Assembly: GCA_046484865.1 (NCBI GenBank)
Contig: JAWOID010000021.1
Coordinates: 1-35,926, forward strand
DNA from: Candidatus Krumholzibacteriia bacterium
Lineage (GTDB): Bacteria; Krumholzibacteriota; Krumholzibacteriia; LZORAL124-64-63
Direction of reading: 5' to 3'
Length of the DNA stretch: 35,926 nt
Under the pieces are notes generated by a model. The model searched no databases. It worked only from the letters and a program-made list of their open reading frames with translations, and had not been told where the DNA came from. Positions 26,128 to 35,709 of the stretch are shown here, in pieces; the stretch's first letter is position 1; every line of letters starts with the position of its first letter. Position numbers and translations under genes: made by a program.

Positions 26128-27099
26128 TTACGAGGAACCCTGCTCCGCGATCTTCGGCAAGAACGTCCAGACCAAGTTCCGGAGCCTTTCGCGGACCAGC
26201 GCTCCGGCTTCAACCACGTCCGCGTGCGACAGTTCCGGCTGTCCAGTCTCTCGCGAGGGGTTGGTGATGCAGGACAGGCCCACGGCTTTCACGCCGAGCG
26301 CCCGGAGCAGCACCGTCTCTCCCGCCGTGGACATGCCGACCGCGTCGCAGCCGGCCCGCCGCAGCATGCCGATCTCGGCGGGCGTCTCGTAAACGGGTCC
26401 CCACATGCTGGCGTAGGTGCCCGCATGCACCGGCACGCCGGCCTCGGCGGCGGCCAGCACGAGCAGGTGCGCCAGTTCGGGGTCGTAGAGGGGCGCCACG
26501 CGCGGGCCGCGGGCGTCGGCGGCGACCTGTCCGGGCGTGGGGGCGACCGCCGCGGTCGGGCCTGCGACCGCGCCCGAGCGATCGCCGCCGCCGGTTCCTG
26601 AACCCGCCGCCGGCACCGATCCCGGCGCCGCCAGCAGCCCGCGCAGCGGATCGACCAGGTGCAGGTCGAGCTGATCGCGGATCACCATCAGATCGCCTGG
26701 CGTGAAGAAACGGTTCAGTCCGCCCGCGGCGTTGGTCACCAGCGCCACGTCGATGCCGAGACAGGCCAGCACGGCCGTGGGCAGCAGCAATTCGGCCCAG
26801 GGCAGGCCCTCGTAGGGGTGCAGGCGCCCCTGCATGACCACCACGGGAATGCCCGCGGCCGTGCCCGTGACCAGGCGTCCGCGGTGCTCGGCGACGGTCG
26901 TGGTGGCGTACCCGGGAATGTCGCGATACTCGACGGTCCGGGTGTCCTCGAGCGCGTCCACCAGGTTGCCGAGACCGCTGCCCAGGATCAGCCCCACGCG
27001 ACCGCGGTGGCCGCGCGCCGCCAGCCAGCCGGCGGCCTCGCCCACCCGATCCCGCCAGTGCGGGCTCAGTATCTGCAGTCGTTCGTTCGCAGGCCTCAT
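26128..27099 (-). CDS. Purine-nucleoside phosphorylase (trimeric PNP family)
   Basis: LILGSGLG, MQGRLHPYEG, VTNAAGG, GPVYETPAE, AVGMST, SCITN, LSHADV. Start approximate. Confidence 0.92.
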   Translation of the reverse strand: MRPANERLQILSPHWRDRVGEAAGWLAARGHRGRVGLILGSGLGNLVDALEDTRTVEYRDIPGYATTTVAEHRGRLVTGTAAGIPVVVMQGRLHPYEGLPWAELLLPTAVLACLGIDVALVTNAAGGLNRFFTPGDLMVIRDQLDLHLVDPLRGLLAAPGSVPAAGSGTGGGDRSGAVAGPTAAVAPTPGQVAADARGPRVAPLYDPELAHLLVLAAAEAGVPVHAGTYASMWGPVYETPAEIGMLRRAGCDAVGMSTAGETVLLRALGVKAVGLSCITNPSRETGQPELSHADVVEAGALVRERLRNLVWTFLPKIAEQGSS

Positions 27100-27166
27100 G
27101 TCGCACATTGTCCGCGGTGCGTGTCCGTGTGTCCAGTGCCGCGCGCGGCGCCCCCCGAGCGGAAGG

Positions 27167-27934
27167 CTAGCCGCGGAAGCGGTGGCGGAATTCCTCCACG
27201 ACCTCGCGCAGGTCGGGCGTGAGCCGGTCCACGGCGGGGGTCGTGATGATGTCCGGCACGCCGAAGGCGGCTTCGGCCACGGCGCCCGCGATGCAGGCTT
27301 GCGTATCCGCGTCGCCGCCCAGCGACACCGCCAGCCGCACGGCATCCTCGAAGTCCCGAGCAGCCAGGAAGCAGCAGAGGGCCTCCGGGACGGAACCGGG
27401 GCAGGTCTCGTCGAACCGGTAGCCGGGACGGATGTCGTCGGGATGGCGCGACACGTCGTAGCCGAAACGGTCGCCGATCTCGCGGCGGATGGTCTCCTGA
27501 TCCGCTCCCCGCCGCGCCAGGAAGACGGCGAGGGCCACCGCCTGGGCGCCCTTCACACCCTCGGGGTGGTCGTGGGTGACCTCGGCGCTGCGCCGCGCTT
27601 CGCGCAGCACCTCGCTCTCGCTCTCCAGCGCCCAGGCCACCGGCGCCACCCGCATGGCCGAACCATTGCCGAAGCTCCCGTACGGCTCGAGCGAGTCGCC
27701 GCGCAGCCACTGCTGGAAGTGCCCGCCCCAGCCCGCGCTGGGGTAGAGGCGGCCGAAGATCTTGTAGTTCTGCGCGTAATCGCCATCGGTCAGCAGCGTG
27801 AAGGCCGTGGCCACCGTGAGGACGGTGTCGTCGGTGAACACCGCTTCCGGCGGCAGCAACTCGAACTCGACGGAGCGGTGAGGACGGAACTCGTGCGGCG
27901 ACCCGATGATGTCGCCCGCGATGGCACCGAGCAT
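27167..27934 (-). CDS. ADP-ribosylglycohydrolase (DraG/ARH family)
   Basis: MLGAIAGDIIGS, FTDDT, SFGNGSAMR, VTHDH, LGGDADT. Confidence 0.93.
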   Translation of the reverse strand: MLGAIAGDIIGSPHEFRPHRSVEFELLPPEAVFTDDTVLTVATAFTLLTDGDYAQNYKIFGRLYPSAGWGGHFQQWLRGDSLEPYGSFGNGSAMRVAPVAWALESESEVLREARRSAEVTHDHPEGVKGAQAVALAVFLARRGADQETIRREIGDRFGYDVSRHPDDIRPGYRFDETCPGSVPEALCCFLAARDFEDAVRLAVSLGGDADTQACIAGAVAEAAFGVPDIITTPAVDRLTPDLREVVEEFRHRFRG

Positions 27935-28131
27935 GAGCACCCTCCTGCTTGCGAACGCCGGACCCGGGGAAGAAGCGTCATTGTACACCGCCGCCCCGCC
28001 GCGTGGCCAGACCAGCCGCGCGTCTTCGCCGGGGTCGACGAGACGGTCCCGTTCTCGCGCTACCCTTATCGGCCGCCAGCGGCTACCATGAGGAGGTCGG
28101 CCGGCACCCCTGACCCACGAGGATCTCCTGG

Positions 28132-29016
28132 ATGTTCAGCCGCAAGCGCAACGGGTCCGTGGTCTGCCGCTCCTGCGGCCGGCTCGTGGACAGCGACGAC
28201 GAGCGCTGCTACTACTGCGGTGCCCGCAAGCCGGGGCTGTGGGGCTTCGGACCGCTGGTCCGCAGAGTGGCGGCCGACGAGTTCGGCCTGGTCCGGATCA
28301 TCATCGGCGCCTGCGCTTTCCTCTACGTGGTCGCTCTGGCCCTGGACCCCGGCGGCATCCGCATGGGCGGATTCCTGAACCTGCTGGCGCCCGGCACCCG
28401 CGCCTCGTTCCTGCTGGGGGCTGCGGGGATCGTGCCGGTCTGGGAGTACGGCCGGTGGTGGACGGTGCTCACCGCCGGCTGGCTGCACGGCAGCTTGCTC
28501 CACGTCCTCTTCAACATGTACTGGGTCTACCTGCTCACGCCCCAGGTCGCCCGCATCTACGGCGTGGGCCGCACCGTCATCATCTACGTGGCGGCCTCGG
28601 TCGCCGGCTTCGTCGCCAGTTCCACCGCCGTGGTGCTGCTCAGCTACGTCAGCCGGGATCTGGCCGCTGCGGTGGGAAAGGTACTGGGCGCCGCGGGCTT
28701 CACCCTGGGCGCCTCGGCGTCGCTCATGGGCCTGCTGGGTGCGCTCATCGCGTACAGCCGACGCGGCGGGTCCAGCTCGGTCGGAGGCTGGGCCTGGCGC
28801 TACGTGATCTTCTTCCTGCTCTTCGGCCTGCTCGTACGCTCGGTGGACAACTGGGCGCACCTGGGAGGTCTGGCGGGCGGATACATCACCGCCCTGCTGC
28901 TGAACCCCGCACGGCCGGAGCGGACCAACCATCTGATCGCCGCGGGGGCCTGCCTGGCGGCGACCGTGGTGGCGCTGCTCGCATCGGTGATCACGGGGTT
29001 GCCACAGTTCCTGTGA
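28132..29016 (+). CDS. Rhomboid intramembrane serine protease with N-terminal zinc ribbon
   Basis: CRSC..CYYC; WWTVLTAGWLHGSLLHVLFN; LGASAS (catalytic Ser); NWAHLGG (catalytic His). Confidence 0.92.
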   Translation: MFSRKRNGSVVCRSCGRLVDSDDERCYYCGARKPGLWGFGPLVRRVAADEFGLVRIIIGACAFLYVVALALDPGGIRMGGFLNLLAPGTRASFLLGAAGIVPVWEYGRWWTVLTAGWLHGSLLHVLFNMYWVYLLTPQVARIYGVGRTVIIYVAASVAGFVASSTAVVLLSYVSRDLAAAVGKVLGAAGFTLGASASLMGLLGALIAYSRRGGSSSVGGWAWRYVIFFLLFGLLVRSVDNWAHLGGLAGGYITALLLNPARPERTNHLIAAGACLAATVVALLASVITGLPQFL

Positions 29017-29026
29017 ACCGCCGCGA

Positions 29027-29830
29027 CTAGCCCAGCCCCACGTCCAGCGACATCATCACCGCGAATCCCAGCACCAGCCCGGCGGTGGCCATGTGCCCGT
29101 GGCCGCGCGTCTGGGACTCGGGAATCAATTCCTCCGCCACCACGAAGATCATGGCCCCGGCAGCGAAGGCCAGGGCGTAGGGCAGCACCGCCGCGATGGT
29201 GGTCACCAGCCAGGCGCCGAGAACCCCGGCCACCGGCTCCACCACTCCGGAGAGTTGACCGTACCAGAACGCCTTGCCGCGACTCACGCCTTCCCGTCGC
29301 AGCGGCAGGGACACCGCCGATCCCTCGGGAAAGTTCTGCAGCCCGATGCCAACGGCCAGCGCGATGGCTGCCCCGATGGTGGCCTCGCCCTGGGCAGCCG
29401 CTCCGAACGCCACTCCCACCGCCAACCCCTCGGGGATGTTGTGCAGCGTGATGGCCAGCACCAGCAGGGTGGCGCGCTGCCACGTGGTGGGCACGCCCTC
29501 GACCGTGCGCAGGTCGGGGTGCATGTGCGGCAGCACCCGGTCGATGCCCCTCAGGAACACGGCGCCCGCCAGGAAGCCGATCACCGGCGGCAGCCACTTC
29601 CACTCGCCGTAACCCTGCGCCTCGGCGTAGGCGATCGAGGGCGCCAGGAGGCTCCAGAAGCTGGCGGCGATCATCACGCCCGCAGCGAAGCCCATCGATG
29701 CGTCCATGTAACGGTCGGACACGCGCCGGGTGAAGATCACCAGCGCGGCCCCGGCCGCCGTCATCCCCCAGGTGCCGAGGGTGGCCAGGAACGCCTGGAG
29801 GATCGGACTCATGCCCTCGCCGCCATTCAT
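29027..29830 (-). CDS. ZIP family metal transporter (ZupT/GufA-like)
   Basis: [56 protein letters not shown]. Confidence 0.93.
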   Translation of the reverse strand: MNGGEGMSPILQAFLATLGTWGMTAAGAALVIFTRRVSDRYMDASMGFAAGVMIAASFWSLLAPSIAYAEAQGYGEWKWLPPVIGFLAGAVFLRGIDRVLPHMHPDLRTVEGVPTTWQRATLLVLAITLHNIPEGLAVGVAFGAAAQGEATIGAAIALAVGIGLQNFPEGSAVSLPLRREGVSRGKAFWYGQLSGVVEPVAGVLGAWLVTTIAAVLPYALAFAAGAMIFVVAEELIPESQTRGHGHMATAGLVLGFAVMMSLDVGLG

Positions 29831-29972
29831 CGTGCCTCCCTTCGAAGAGGGCCCCGATCGCCCGCGGTCGCCGGCATTCTCCAACGTCGCGGGCGGTTCT
29901 GTCAGCGGAATTTCGCCGCGCCGGTGCGTCTGCGCGACCCGCCCCGCCTCGTTTGAGGTCCGCGGGCGCAGA

Positions 29973-31082
29973 TCAGACCAGCGCCAGCGCGCTCGGCCCC
30001 GGACGCTCGATCTGGTCGAGACGGCACTGCCGCGGCGCCTTGTCCGGCCGCCAGCGAAGCAGGCGGGTACCGTGCCGGAACCGGCCGGCAGTGGCGTGGT
30101 CGTACTGGACTTCCACCACCAGTTCCGGAGGCAGAGCCTCCCATGCCGTGCTGCGCCCCTCGCTCCAGCGGCTCGGTCCGCCGGGCGCCCGCCCCGAGAA
30201 GCCCCGCTCCCCGCCGCGACGGTCACGGAGCGCCTCGAGCCGGAATGCCAGTTGCCGTCTCTGCCCCGCATCGAGGCTGGAGGTGTGCCCGACGTGGTGC
30301 AGGAGGCCGCCCTCGTCGTATAGCCCCAGCAGCAGCGATCCCACGGCGGCACCGCCGCCGGCGTACCGGAATCCGCCCAGGACGCAGTCGGCCGAGCGCA
30401 GGTTCTTGACCTTGACCATGGCGTCCCGCTCACCGGAGCGGTAGGGGCTGTCCCGCCGCTTGGCCATCACGCCGTCGAGGCCGCTGCCCAGCCGCTCGAA
30501 CCAGGCGCGGGCCACGTCGAACTCCACGGTGGCCGGGGTCAGCAGCAGGCCTCCGGCGGATTCCCGGCCCACGTCGCCATCGACGACCGCCGGGGCAGGG
30601 TCGCGGCCTTGCGCTCCCGGCGAGACGGACGCGAGAAATCGCCGGTGGAATCGCTCGAGACGGGACCGCCGCTCGGCCAGCGGCCGATCCAGCACCCGGG
30701 TGCGACGCTCGTCCACCAGCAGATCGAACACCACCAGGATCGCCGGATGCTCGGTAGCCAGCTTGCGCACGCGGCTGGCCGCCGGATGCAGGCGGAGCTG
30801 CAGCTGCTCGAACGACAGGATACCGGCCACCGGGACGATCAACTCGCCGTCGACCACGAATCGACGCGCCGTCACCGCGCGAAGCATCGCCACCACGTCG
30901 GGGAAGTAGCGCGCGAGCGGCTTGGCCGCCTTCGACTGCAGGCGCACGTCGTCTCCGTCGCGGAAGGCGAGGCACCGGAAGCCGTCCCACTTGGGCTCGT
31001 ACTGCCAGCCGCCCCCGGCGGGCAGCTCTTCCGCCTGGCCGCTCTCCATGGGTTCGAAAGGGGGCTCGATCGGCAGGTCCAT
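29973..31082 (-). CDS. ATP-dependent DNA ligase, LigC-like
   Basis: [61 protein letters not shown]. Confidence 0.92.
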   Translation of the reverse strand: MDLPIEPPFEPMESGQAEELPAGGGWQYEPKWDGFRCLAFRDGDDVRLQSKAAKPLARYFPDVVAMLRAVTARRFVVDGELIVPVAGILSFEQLQLRLHPAASRVRKLATEHPAILVVFDLLVDERRTRVLDRPLAERRSRLERFHRRFLASVSPGAQGRDPAPAVVDGDVGRESAGGLLLTPATVEFDVARAWFERLGSGLDGVMAKRRDSPYRSGERDAMVKVKNLRSADCVLGGFRYAGGGAAVGSLLLGLYDEGGLLHHVGHTSSLDAGQRRQLAFRLEALRDRRGGERGFSGRAPGGPSRWSEGRSTAWEALPPELVVEVQYDHATAGRFRHGTRLLRWRPDKAPRQCRLDQIERPGPSALALV

Positions 31083-31315
31083 GGGTCGCCTCCCGGTTCC
31101 GGCGGCGGTCGTGCCGCCCTGCCCAGGCTAGCGACAGCCGCCGGAAACGCCATCGTTCGCGCCGGCGAATCGCGCCCGGCGAGGGCTCGGTGGGTTCCGG
31201 TCCGGCCCCTGGAGCTCCGCGATCGCGCCCCTGGTTGAGGGGATCGCCCCGATGTTCCGCCGCCGGGGTCGTCCCTAACCTGGAGACGGCAGCGGGCGGC
31301 CGGGAAGGAGCGACG

Positions 31316-31837
31316 ATGGACGAGGAGAGGATGCATGTTCTGCAGAGCATCCGCACGGCGCTGGAGACCGACGTGGAGCCGCGCAGCCGGCTCGAGTCCG
31401 TGTGCACGTTGCTGGTGGACGAGTTCCCCGCGGTGCACTGGGCGGGCTTCTACGGGTGGGATCCGGAGCTGCCGGACGAGCTGGTGCTCGGCCCCTACGC
31501 GGGCGAGACGGTGGAGCAGATCCGCGTCCGGATGGGGACCGGAGCCGTTGGCCGCGCGGCACTGGAGCGCGACCTGTTCACCGGCGTCGATCCCGACAAT
31601 CCCCACGAGGACGTGGAGCTGACCTTGCCCCAGGGCGACCACGAGGACGTGCCCGGCGCCGTGATCCGCCATCCCGACATGCGGTCGGAGATGGCCGTCC
31701 CGGTGGAGCGGGACGGGGAACTGCTCGGCGTGCTCGTGGTGGACTCCCGCCTGCCGGCGGTCTTCCGCGACGACGACCGGACGTTCCTGAAGAACGTGTC
31801 GCGGCTGATCAGCGAGCACATCGCCGCACTGTCCTGA
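31316..31837 (+). CDS. Stand-alone GAF domain protein, fRMsr/YebR-like fold
   Basis: HWAGFY, LVLGPYAG, GTGAVGRAA, RSEMAVPV, GVLVVDS..F..DD..FL; GAAGGAG RBS. Confidence 0.85.
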   Translation: MDEERMHVLQSIRTALETDVEPRSRLESVCTLLVDEFPAVHWAGFYGWDPELPDELVLGPYAGETVEQIRVRMGTGAVGRAALERDLFTGVDPDNPHEDVELTLPQGDHEDVPGAVIRHPDMRSEMAVPVERDGELLGVLVVDSRLPAVFRDDDRTFLKNVSRLISEHIAALS

Positions 31838-32083
31838 GATCTGTTCTGGCTGTTCGACCAGATCTTGACCATCTCGCCGGCGGTATCCTGGAACTCGCGG
31901 ATCTCGTCGCCCGCCATCAGCGTGCTGACGTCCTGGGCTCCGGTGTGGACACGTGGATCGTGCCGTCAGCAGCCACGGCGCCCACCCACAACCCGCCGAG
32001 GAACAGGTGCTCCACGTTGGAATTGACCGGGTACTCGCCCGACGGCTGGTTGGGATCGATCGGACCGTTGCCGACGTAGCCCG
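31838..32083 (-). pseudogene. Frameshifted fragment of a larger secreted protein gene
   Basis: GYVGNG..QPSGEYPVNSNVEHLFLGGLWVGAVAADGTIHVS continues as TGAQDVSTLMAGDEIREFQD..IWSNSQN after removing 2 nt (TCC-AC-ACC, near 31945). The upstream frame is non-protein-like and the 3' end runs into the GAF gene. Confidence 0.6.
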
Positions 32084-32355
32084 GAGACGGGCGGGACCGC
32101 CGCGGCCTCCCGGAGGCCGGCTGCAGGCGCCGGTCGGGCGTCCGGCATGGTGACGGGCGACCGGGTAAGGCGAGGAGCCTCCGGAGGGCGCGCGGATACG
32201 GGGGATGGCGCGGGCGGTGCCGTGAGGCGAACCGGCGCGGCGACTCGGGCGGCGCAAAACTCATCGTGTGACGGAGCGGCTGTCAACGTCCCCGAGAGCG
32301 CCCGACGGTTCCGGGGGCCGCGGCAGGTGCCGAGCGGCCGCTGGAAAGGAGTTCC

Positions 32356-33081
32356 GTGCCCGTCATCACCCTCGAATTCGCCGGCGACCTGGCCGACCTG
32401 GTGCGCACGGGCCGTCGCGGACGGTCCGGACCGCGGCTCGAACGCACGCTGCCGGAGGTGCCGGCACTGAAAGACGCCATCGAGGCCGCGGGCGTGCCCC
32501 ACGTGGAGGTGGGCGGAGCGGTGACCGGCGACGGGCGGCGGCTGGCACTGACCGGTCCCGCCCCCACCGACACGGTGGCGGTGATCCTGCCGGCCGATCC
32601 CTACCCGCTCGACCCGCCCCGGTTCGTCTGCGACCAGCATCTCGGCAAGCTGGCCCGTCTGCTGCGCGTCATGGGCTTCGACACGGCGTGGCACCGCCAC
32701 TGGATCGAGCCCGACGTGGCCCGGTGCGCCCTGAACGAACGCCGCGCGGTGCTGACCCGCAGCCGAGCCCTGCTCATGCGCCGGGCCATCCTGGACGGAC
32801 TGCTGGTCCGTTCTGATCTGGTGGACGCCCAGGCCGTGGAGGTCGTTCGCCGCTTCCTGCTGGCCGACCGCGTGGAGTTGTTCGGCCGCTGCAGCGTCTG
32901 CAACGGCCGGCTCGAACCCGTGCGGAAGGACGTCGTGGCCGATCGCATCCCCCCGCGCACCGCTGCCTGGCTCGACGAGTACGACCTCTGCAGCGACTGC
33001 GACCGGCTCTTCTGGAAGGGCACCCACGTCGAGCGCCTGCGCAAGAGGGTGGCGGCGGTGGTGGGCCGGGCGGGGGTCTGA
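32356..33081 (+). CDS. Ubiquitin-like plus Mut7-C RNase (PIN-like) domain protein
   Basis: LKDAIEAAGVPHVEV (Ub-Mut7C); RFVCDQHLGKLARLLRVMGFDT; RCSVCNG..CSDCDRLFWKGTH; AAAGGAG RBS. Confidence 0.9.
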   Translation: MPVITLEFAGDLADLVRTGRRGRSGPRLERTLPEVPALKDAIEAAGVPHVEVGGAVTGDGRRLALTGPAPTDTVAVILPADPYPLDPPRFVCDQHLGKLARLLRVMGFDTAWHRHWIEPDVARCALNERRAVLTRSRALLMRRAILDGLLVRSDLVDAQAVEVVRRFLLADRVELFGRCSVCNGRLEPVRKDVVADRIPPRTAAWLDEYDLCSDCDRLFWKGTHVERLRKRVAAVVGRAGV

Positions 33082-33159
33082 CGGCGAGCGATGCCCGGGA
33101 GCCGGGCGCGGCCGGTCCCGGTCCGGGTTCTCGCTCGAACCCCGGAGACCCGCTCGAGG

Positions 33160-34647
33160 TCACCGCGGGAACTCTCCGAAGGCCGAGATCGCGTGCTCGC
33201 GGCCGCACCGCGGGCAGCGCACGCGGCTGGCGGTGAAGCCGGGTGGCACCTTGAGCACGGCGTCGCAGGGGCACTGCAGGCGCCGGTATCCCTGCTCGCG
33301 ATAGAAGAAGTCGTCGACCTCGCGGGCGCGGTGGCGGACGGCATCGCGCTGTTCGGCGCCGTCAGCCGGCACGGCGGGCGTGTCTCCGCCACCGCTGCCG
33401 CCGGCCGCGCCGCGAGTGGCGCCGGCGCCACTCGCCAGGATCGCGGCCCGGTCGGTGCCGCGATCGCTCACCGCCGCGGGTTCGCCGCTCGCAGCGGCCC
33501 GCTCGCCATCCGCCGCCGCCCTGTCGCCGGCGGCGGCCCCGGCCGTGCCTGCGGCCGCAGCCGCACCGGCCGCGCCGGTCGCGGCCCGCTCGCGCCGGTA
33601 ATCCGCCGCGGCCTTTCCCACGCGCAGTCCCGCTCCGGCGTATGCCGACGGCGGCAGCACGCCCTGCTCCTTTCCGCTCACCGCGCGGTAACTCGCATCG
33701 TAGTCCTCCCAGCCGGCCTGCGTCATGGAGCGCAGGATCTTCACGCGCTGGCTGATCGGCGGGTGGGTGGCGGTGAGGTCGGCGGCGGCGGCGCCCCGCC
33801 GGGCCAGGGGGTTGACGATGTACATGGGAGCGGTGGCCTTGTTCGCCGAGGCCAGCTTCTGGGGTGCAGCGGCGATCTTCTCGAGCGCCGAGGCCAGGCC
33901 CTCGGGATAGCGGGTGTACACGGCAGCGGTGGCGTCCGCCAGGTACTCGCGCTTGCGGGAGATGGCGAAGTAGATGAGCTGGGCGACGATCGGCGCCAGG
34001 ATCATCAGGACGATCGCGACGATCATGATCAGGGCCTGCGCCTGCCCGCCGCCACCGTCGCCGCTCGAGCGGCGGGAGCGGCCGCGCCCGCCCCACAGGA
34101 AGCTGCGCAGCCCGACCTCGGCGATCAACACGATGGCGCCGGCGAGCACGCCGGCGTAGAGCATGAGCAGGATGTCGCGGTTGCGGATGTGGCCGATCTC
34201 GTGCGCCACCACGCCCTGCAACTCGTCGCGGCTGAGGGCGCGCAGGAGGCCGCTGGTCACCGCCACGGCGGCGTTCTCCGGCTTGCGGCCGGTGGCGAAG
34301 GCGTTCGGTGCCGGGTCGTCGATGACGTACACCGCGGGCATGCGGCCCAGGCCCGAGGCGATCGTCATCTCCTCCACCACGTTCCAGAGCACCGGCAGGT
34401 CTTCCTTCTCGATGCGCCGCGCCCCCGCGATGCGCAGGAAGACCTGGTCTCCCTGGAAGTAGGCCACCAGGGTCAGCACCAGCCAGATCACCGCCGCCAG
34501 GAAGAGCCCCACGTACCCGCCCGCGCCGGTGCCGTCGCCACCCGCCAGCGCCGCGCCGCCGAACCAGCCGAGGGCGAACAGCAGCAGGGCCATCCCCACC
34601 ACGAGGACGACCGACCGGCGCTTGTTGGCGGCGATCTGCTCGAACAC
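33160..34647 (-). CDS. M48/HtpX-like membrane zinc protease with C-terminal zinc ribbon
   Basis: APNAFATG, ELQGVVAHEIGH, SRKREYLAD, THPP..R, then an Ala-rich linker and CPC..CPRCG. Confidence 0.92.
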   Translation of the reverse strand: MFEQIAANKRRSVVLVVGMALLLFALGWFGGAALAGGDGTGAGGYVGLFLAAVIWLVLTLVAYFQGDQVFLRIAGARRIEKEDLPVLWNVVEEMTIASGLGRMPAVYVIDDPAPNAFATGRKPENAAVAVTSGLLRALSRDELQGVVAHEIGHIRNRDILLMLYAGVLAGAIVLIAEVGLRSFLWGGRGRSRRSSGDGGGGQAQALIMIVAIVLMILAPIVAQLIYFAISRKREYLADATAAVYTRYPEGLASALEKIAAAPQKLASANKATAPMYIVNPLARRGAAAADLTATHPPISQRVKILRSMTQAGWEDYDASYRAVSGKEQGVLPPSAYAGAGLRVGKAAADYRRERAATGAAGAAAAAGTAGAAAGDRAAADGERAAASGEPAAVSDRGTDRAAILASGAGATRGAAGGSGGGDTPAVPADGAEQRDAVRHRAREVDDFFYREQGYRRLQCPCDAVLKVPPGFTASRVRCPRCGREHAISAFGEFPR

Positions 34648-34657
34648 GGCGACGTCC

Positions 34658-35218
34658 TCAGCGGTTGAAGTCCACCCTGGGCGCCTCGCGCTCGGTGGGA
34701 TCCTCGATCTTGAAGAACTCGCCCTGGTTGAAGTTGAACATGCCCGCCACCAGGTTGCTCGGGAACATCTCCACCTTGTTGTTCAACTGCATGACGCTCG
34801 TGTTGTAGTAGTTGCGGGAGGCGCTGATCTTGTTCTCGGTGCTGCTCAGTTCCTCCTGCAGCGCCAGGAAGTTGGTGTTGGCCTTCAGGTCGGGATAGTT
34901 CTCCGCCACGGCGAAGAGCCGGCCCAGGGCCTGGGTCAGCCCGCCCTCGGCGTCAAGCCGTTCCTGCATGTTCCCGGCGCCCGCCACCGCGGCGCGCGCG
35001 TTGGTGACCGACTCGAGCGTCTCCCGCTCGTGGGTCATGTAGCCCTTGACCGTCTCGATGAGGTTGGGGATCAGGTCGTAGCGCCGCTTGAGTTGCACGT
35101 CCACCTGGCTCCAGGCTTCCTTCACCTGGTTGCGCAGGCGCACGAGGCCGTTGTAGATCCCCACGACCCACAAGATCACCAGCACCAGCAGGCCCAGCAC
35201 GATCAGCAGGGGAATCAT
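34658..35218 (-). CDS. lemA: LemA family protein
   Basis: N-terminal TM, YNGLV, WSQVDVQLKRRYDLIPNL, AVAENYPDLKAN, FPSNLVA. Confidence 0.96.
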   Translation of the reverse strand: MIPLLIVLGLLVLVILWVVGIYNGLVRLRNQVKEAWSQVDVQLKRRYDLIPNLIETVKGYMTHERETLESVTNARAAVAGAGNMQERLDAEGGLTQALGRLFAVAENYPDLKANTNFLALQEELSSTENKISASRNYYNTSVMQLNNKVEMFPSNLVAGMFNFNQGEFFKIEDPTEREAPRVDFNR

Positions 35219-35709
35219 CGCTCGACGTCCTTTCGCTCGTGGTCTGCGCTTGCGGCGGATCGCGCCGCCGCTTCACCGACGGTGTCGCCCAGGAAGGCCG
35301 CCGCCCGGCGCGGCAGCTCGCCGACAGCCGCCGAGAGGTCCGCCGCCAGGGTCGCCACCTCCGTGTCGTCGAACCAGAGGCCGTGGCCCCGCGGGCAAGC
35401 GTCGATCAGTACCCGGTTCGATGGCCCGATGTTCACCTTGCGCATGCGGGTGCGGCAGATGGGACAGCGGCGCGGCTTCTCGTCGCCGGCGGCGTCGGGC
35501 AAGGCGGCGATGCGCTCGGGATTCACCCACATGCCCAGCGACTCCGGATCGGGCCCGCCCGCGTGGGAACCGCCCGACGGTTCGCCGGCGAAGAGCAAGG
35601 CCAGCTCGCCCGAGTCGAACCACGTGCCGCCGCATTCGGAGCAGTGGTCCAGCTCGACGCCGTCGTGCTCCACCACGAGAGCGGGAATGTGGCAGCGGGG
35701 GCACTCCAA
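35215..35709 (-). CDS. Tandem zf-TFIIB-like zinc ribbon protein
   Basis: CPRC..VELDHCSECGGTWFDSGEL and CPIC..IDACPRGHGLWFDDTEV. Stop overlaps the lemA ATG (ATGA). TTG start with AAGGAG RBS. Confidence 0.88.
   Translation of the reverse strand: MECPRCHIPALVVEHDGVELDHCSECGGTWFDSGELALLFAGEPSGGSHAGGPDPESLGMWVNPERIAALPDAAGDEKPRRCPICRTRMRKVNIGPSNRVLIDACPRGHGLWFDDTEVATLAADLSAAVGELPRRAAAFLGDTVGEAAARSAASADHERKDVER

Noticed and set aside
27167..33081. Anti-phage defence island (ARH, LigC, Mut7-C)
   Set aside because: The genes are dispersed among housekeeping genes in mixed orientation, with host-like composition and no recognisable defence partners.
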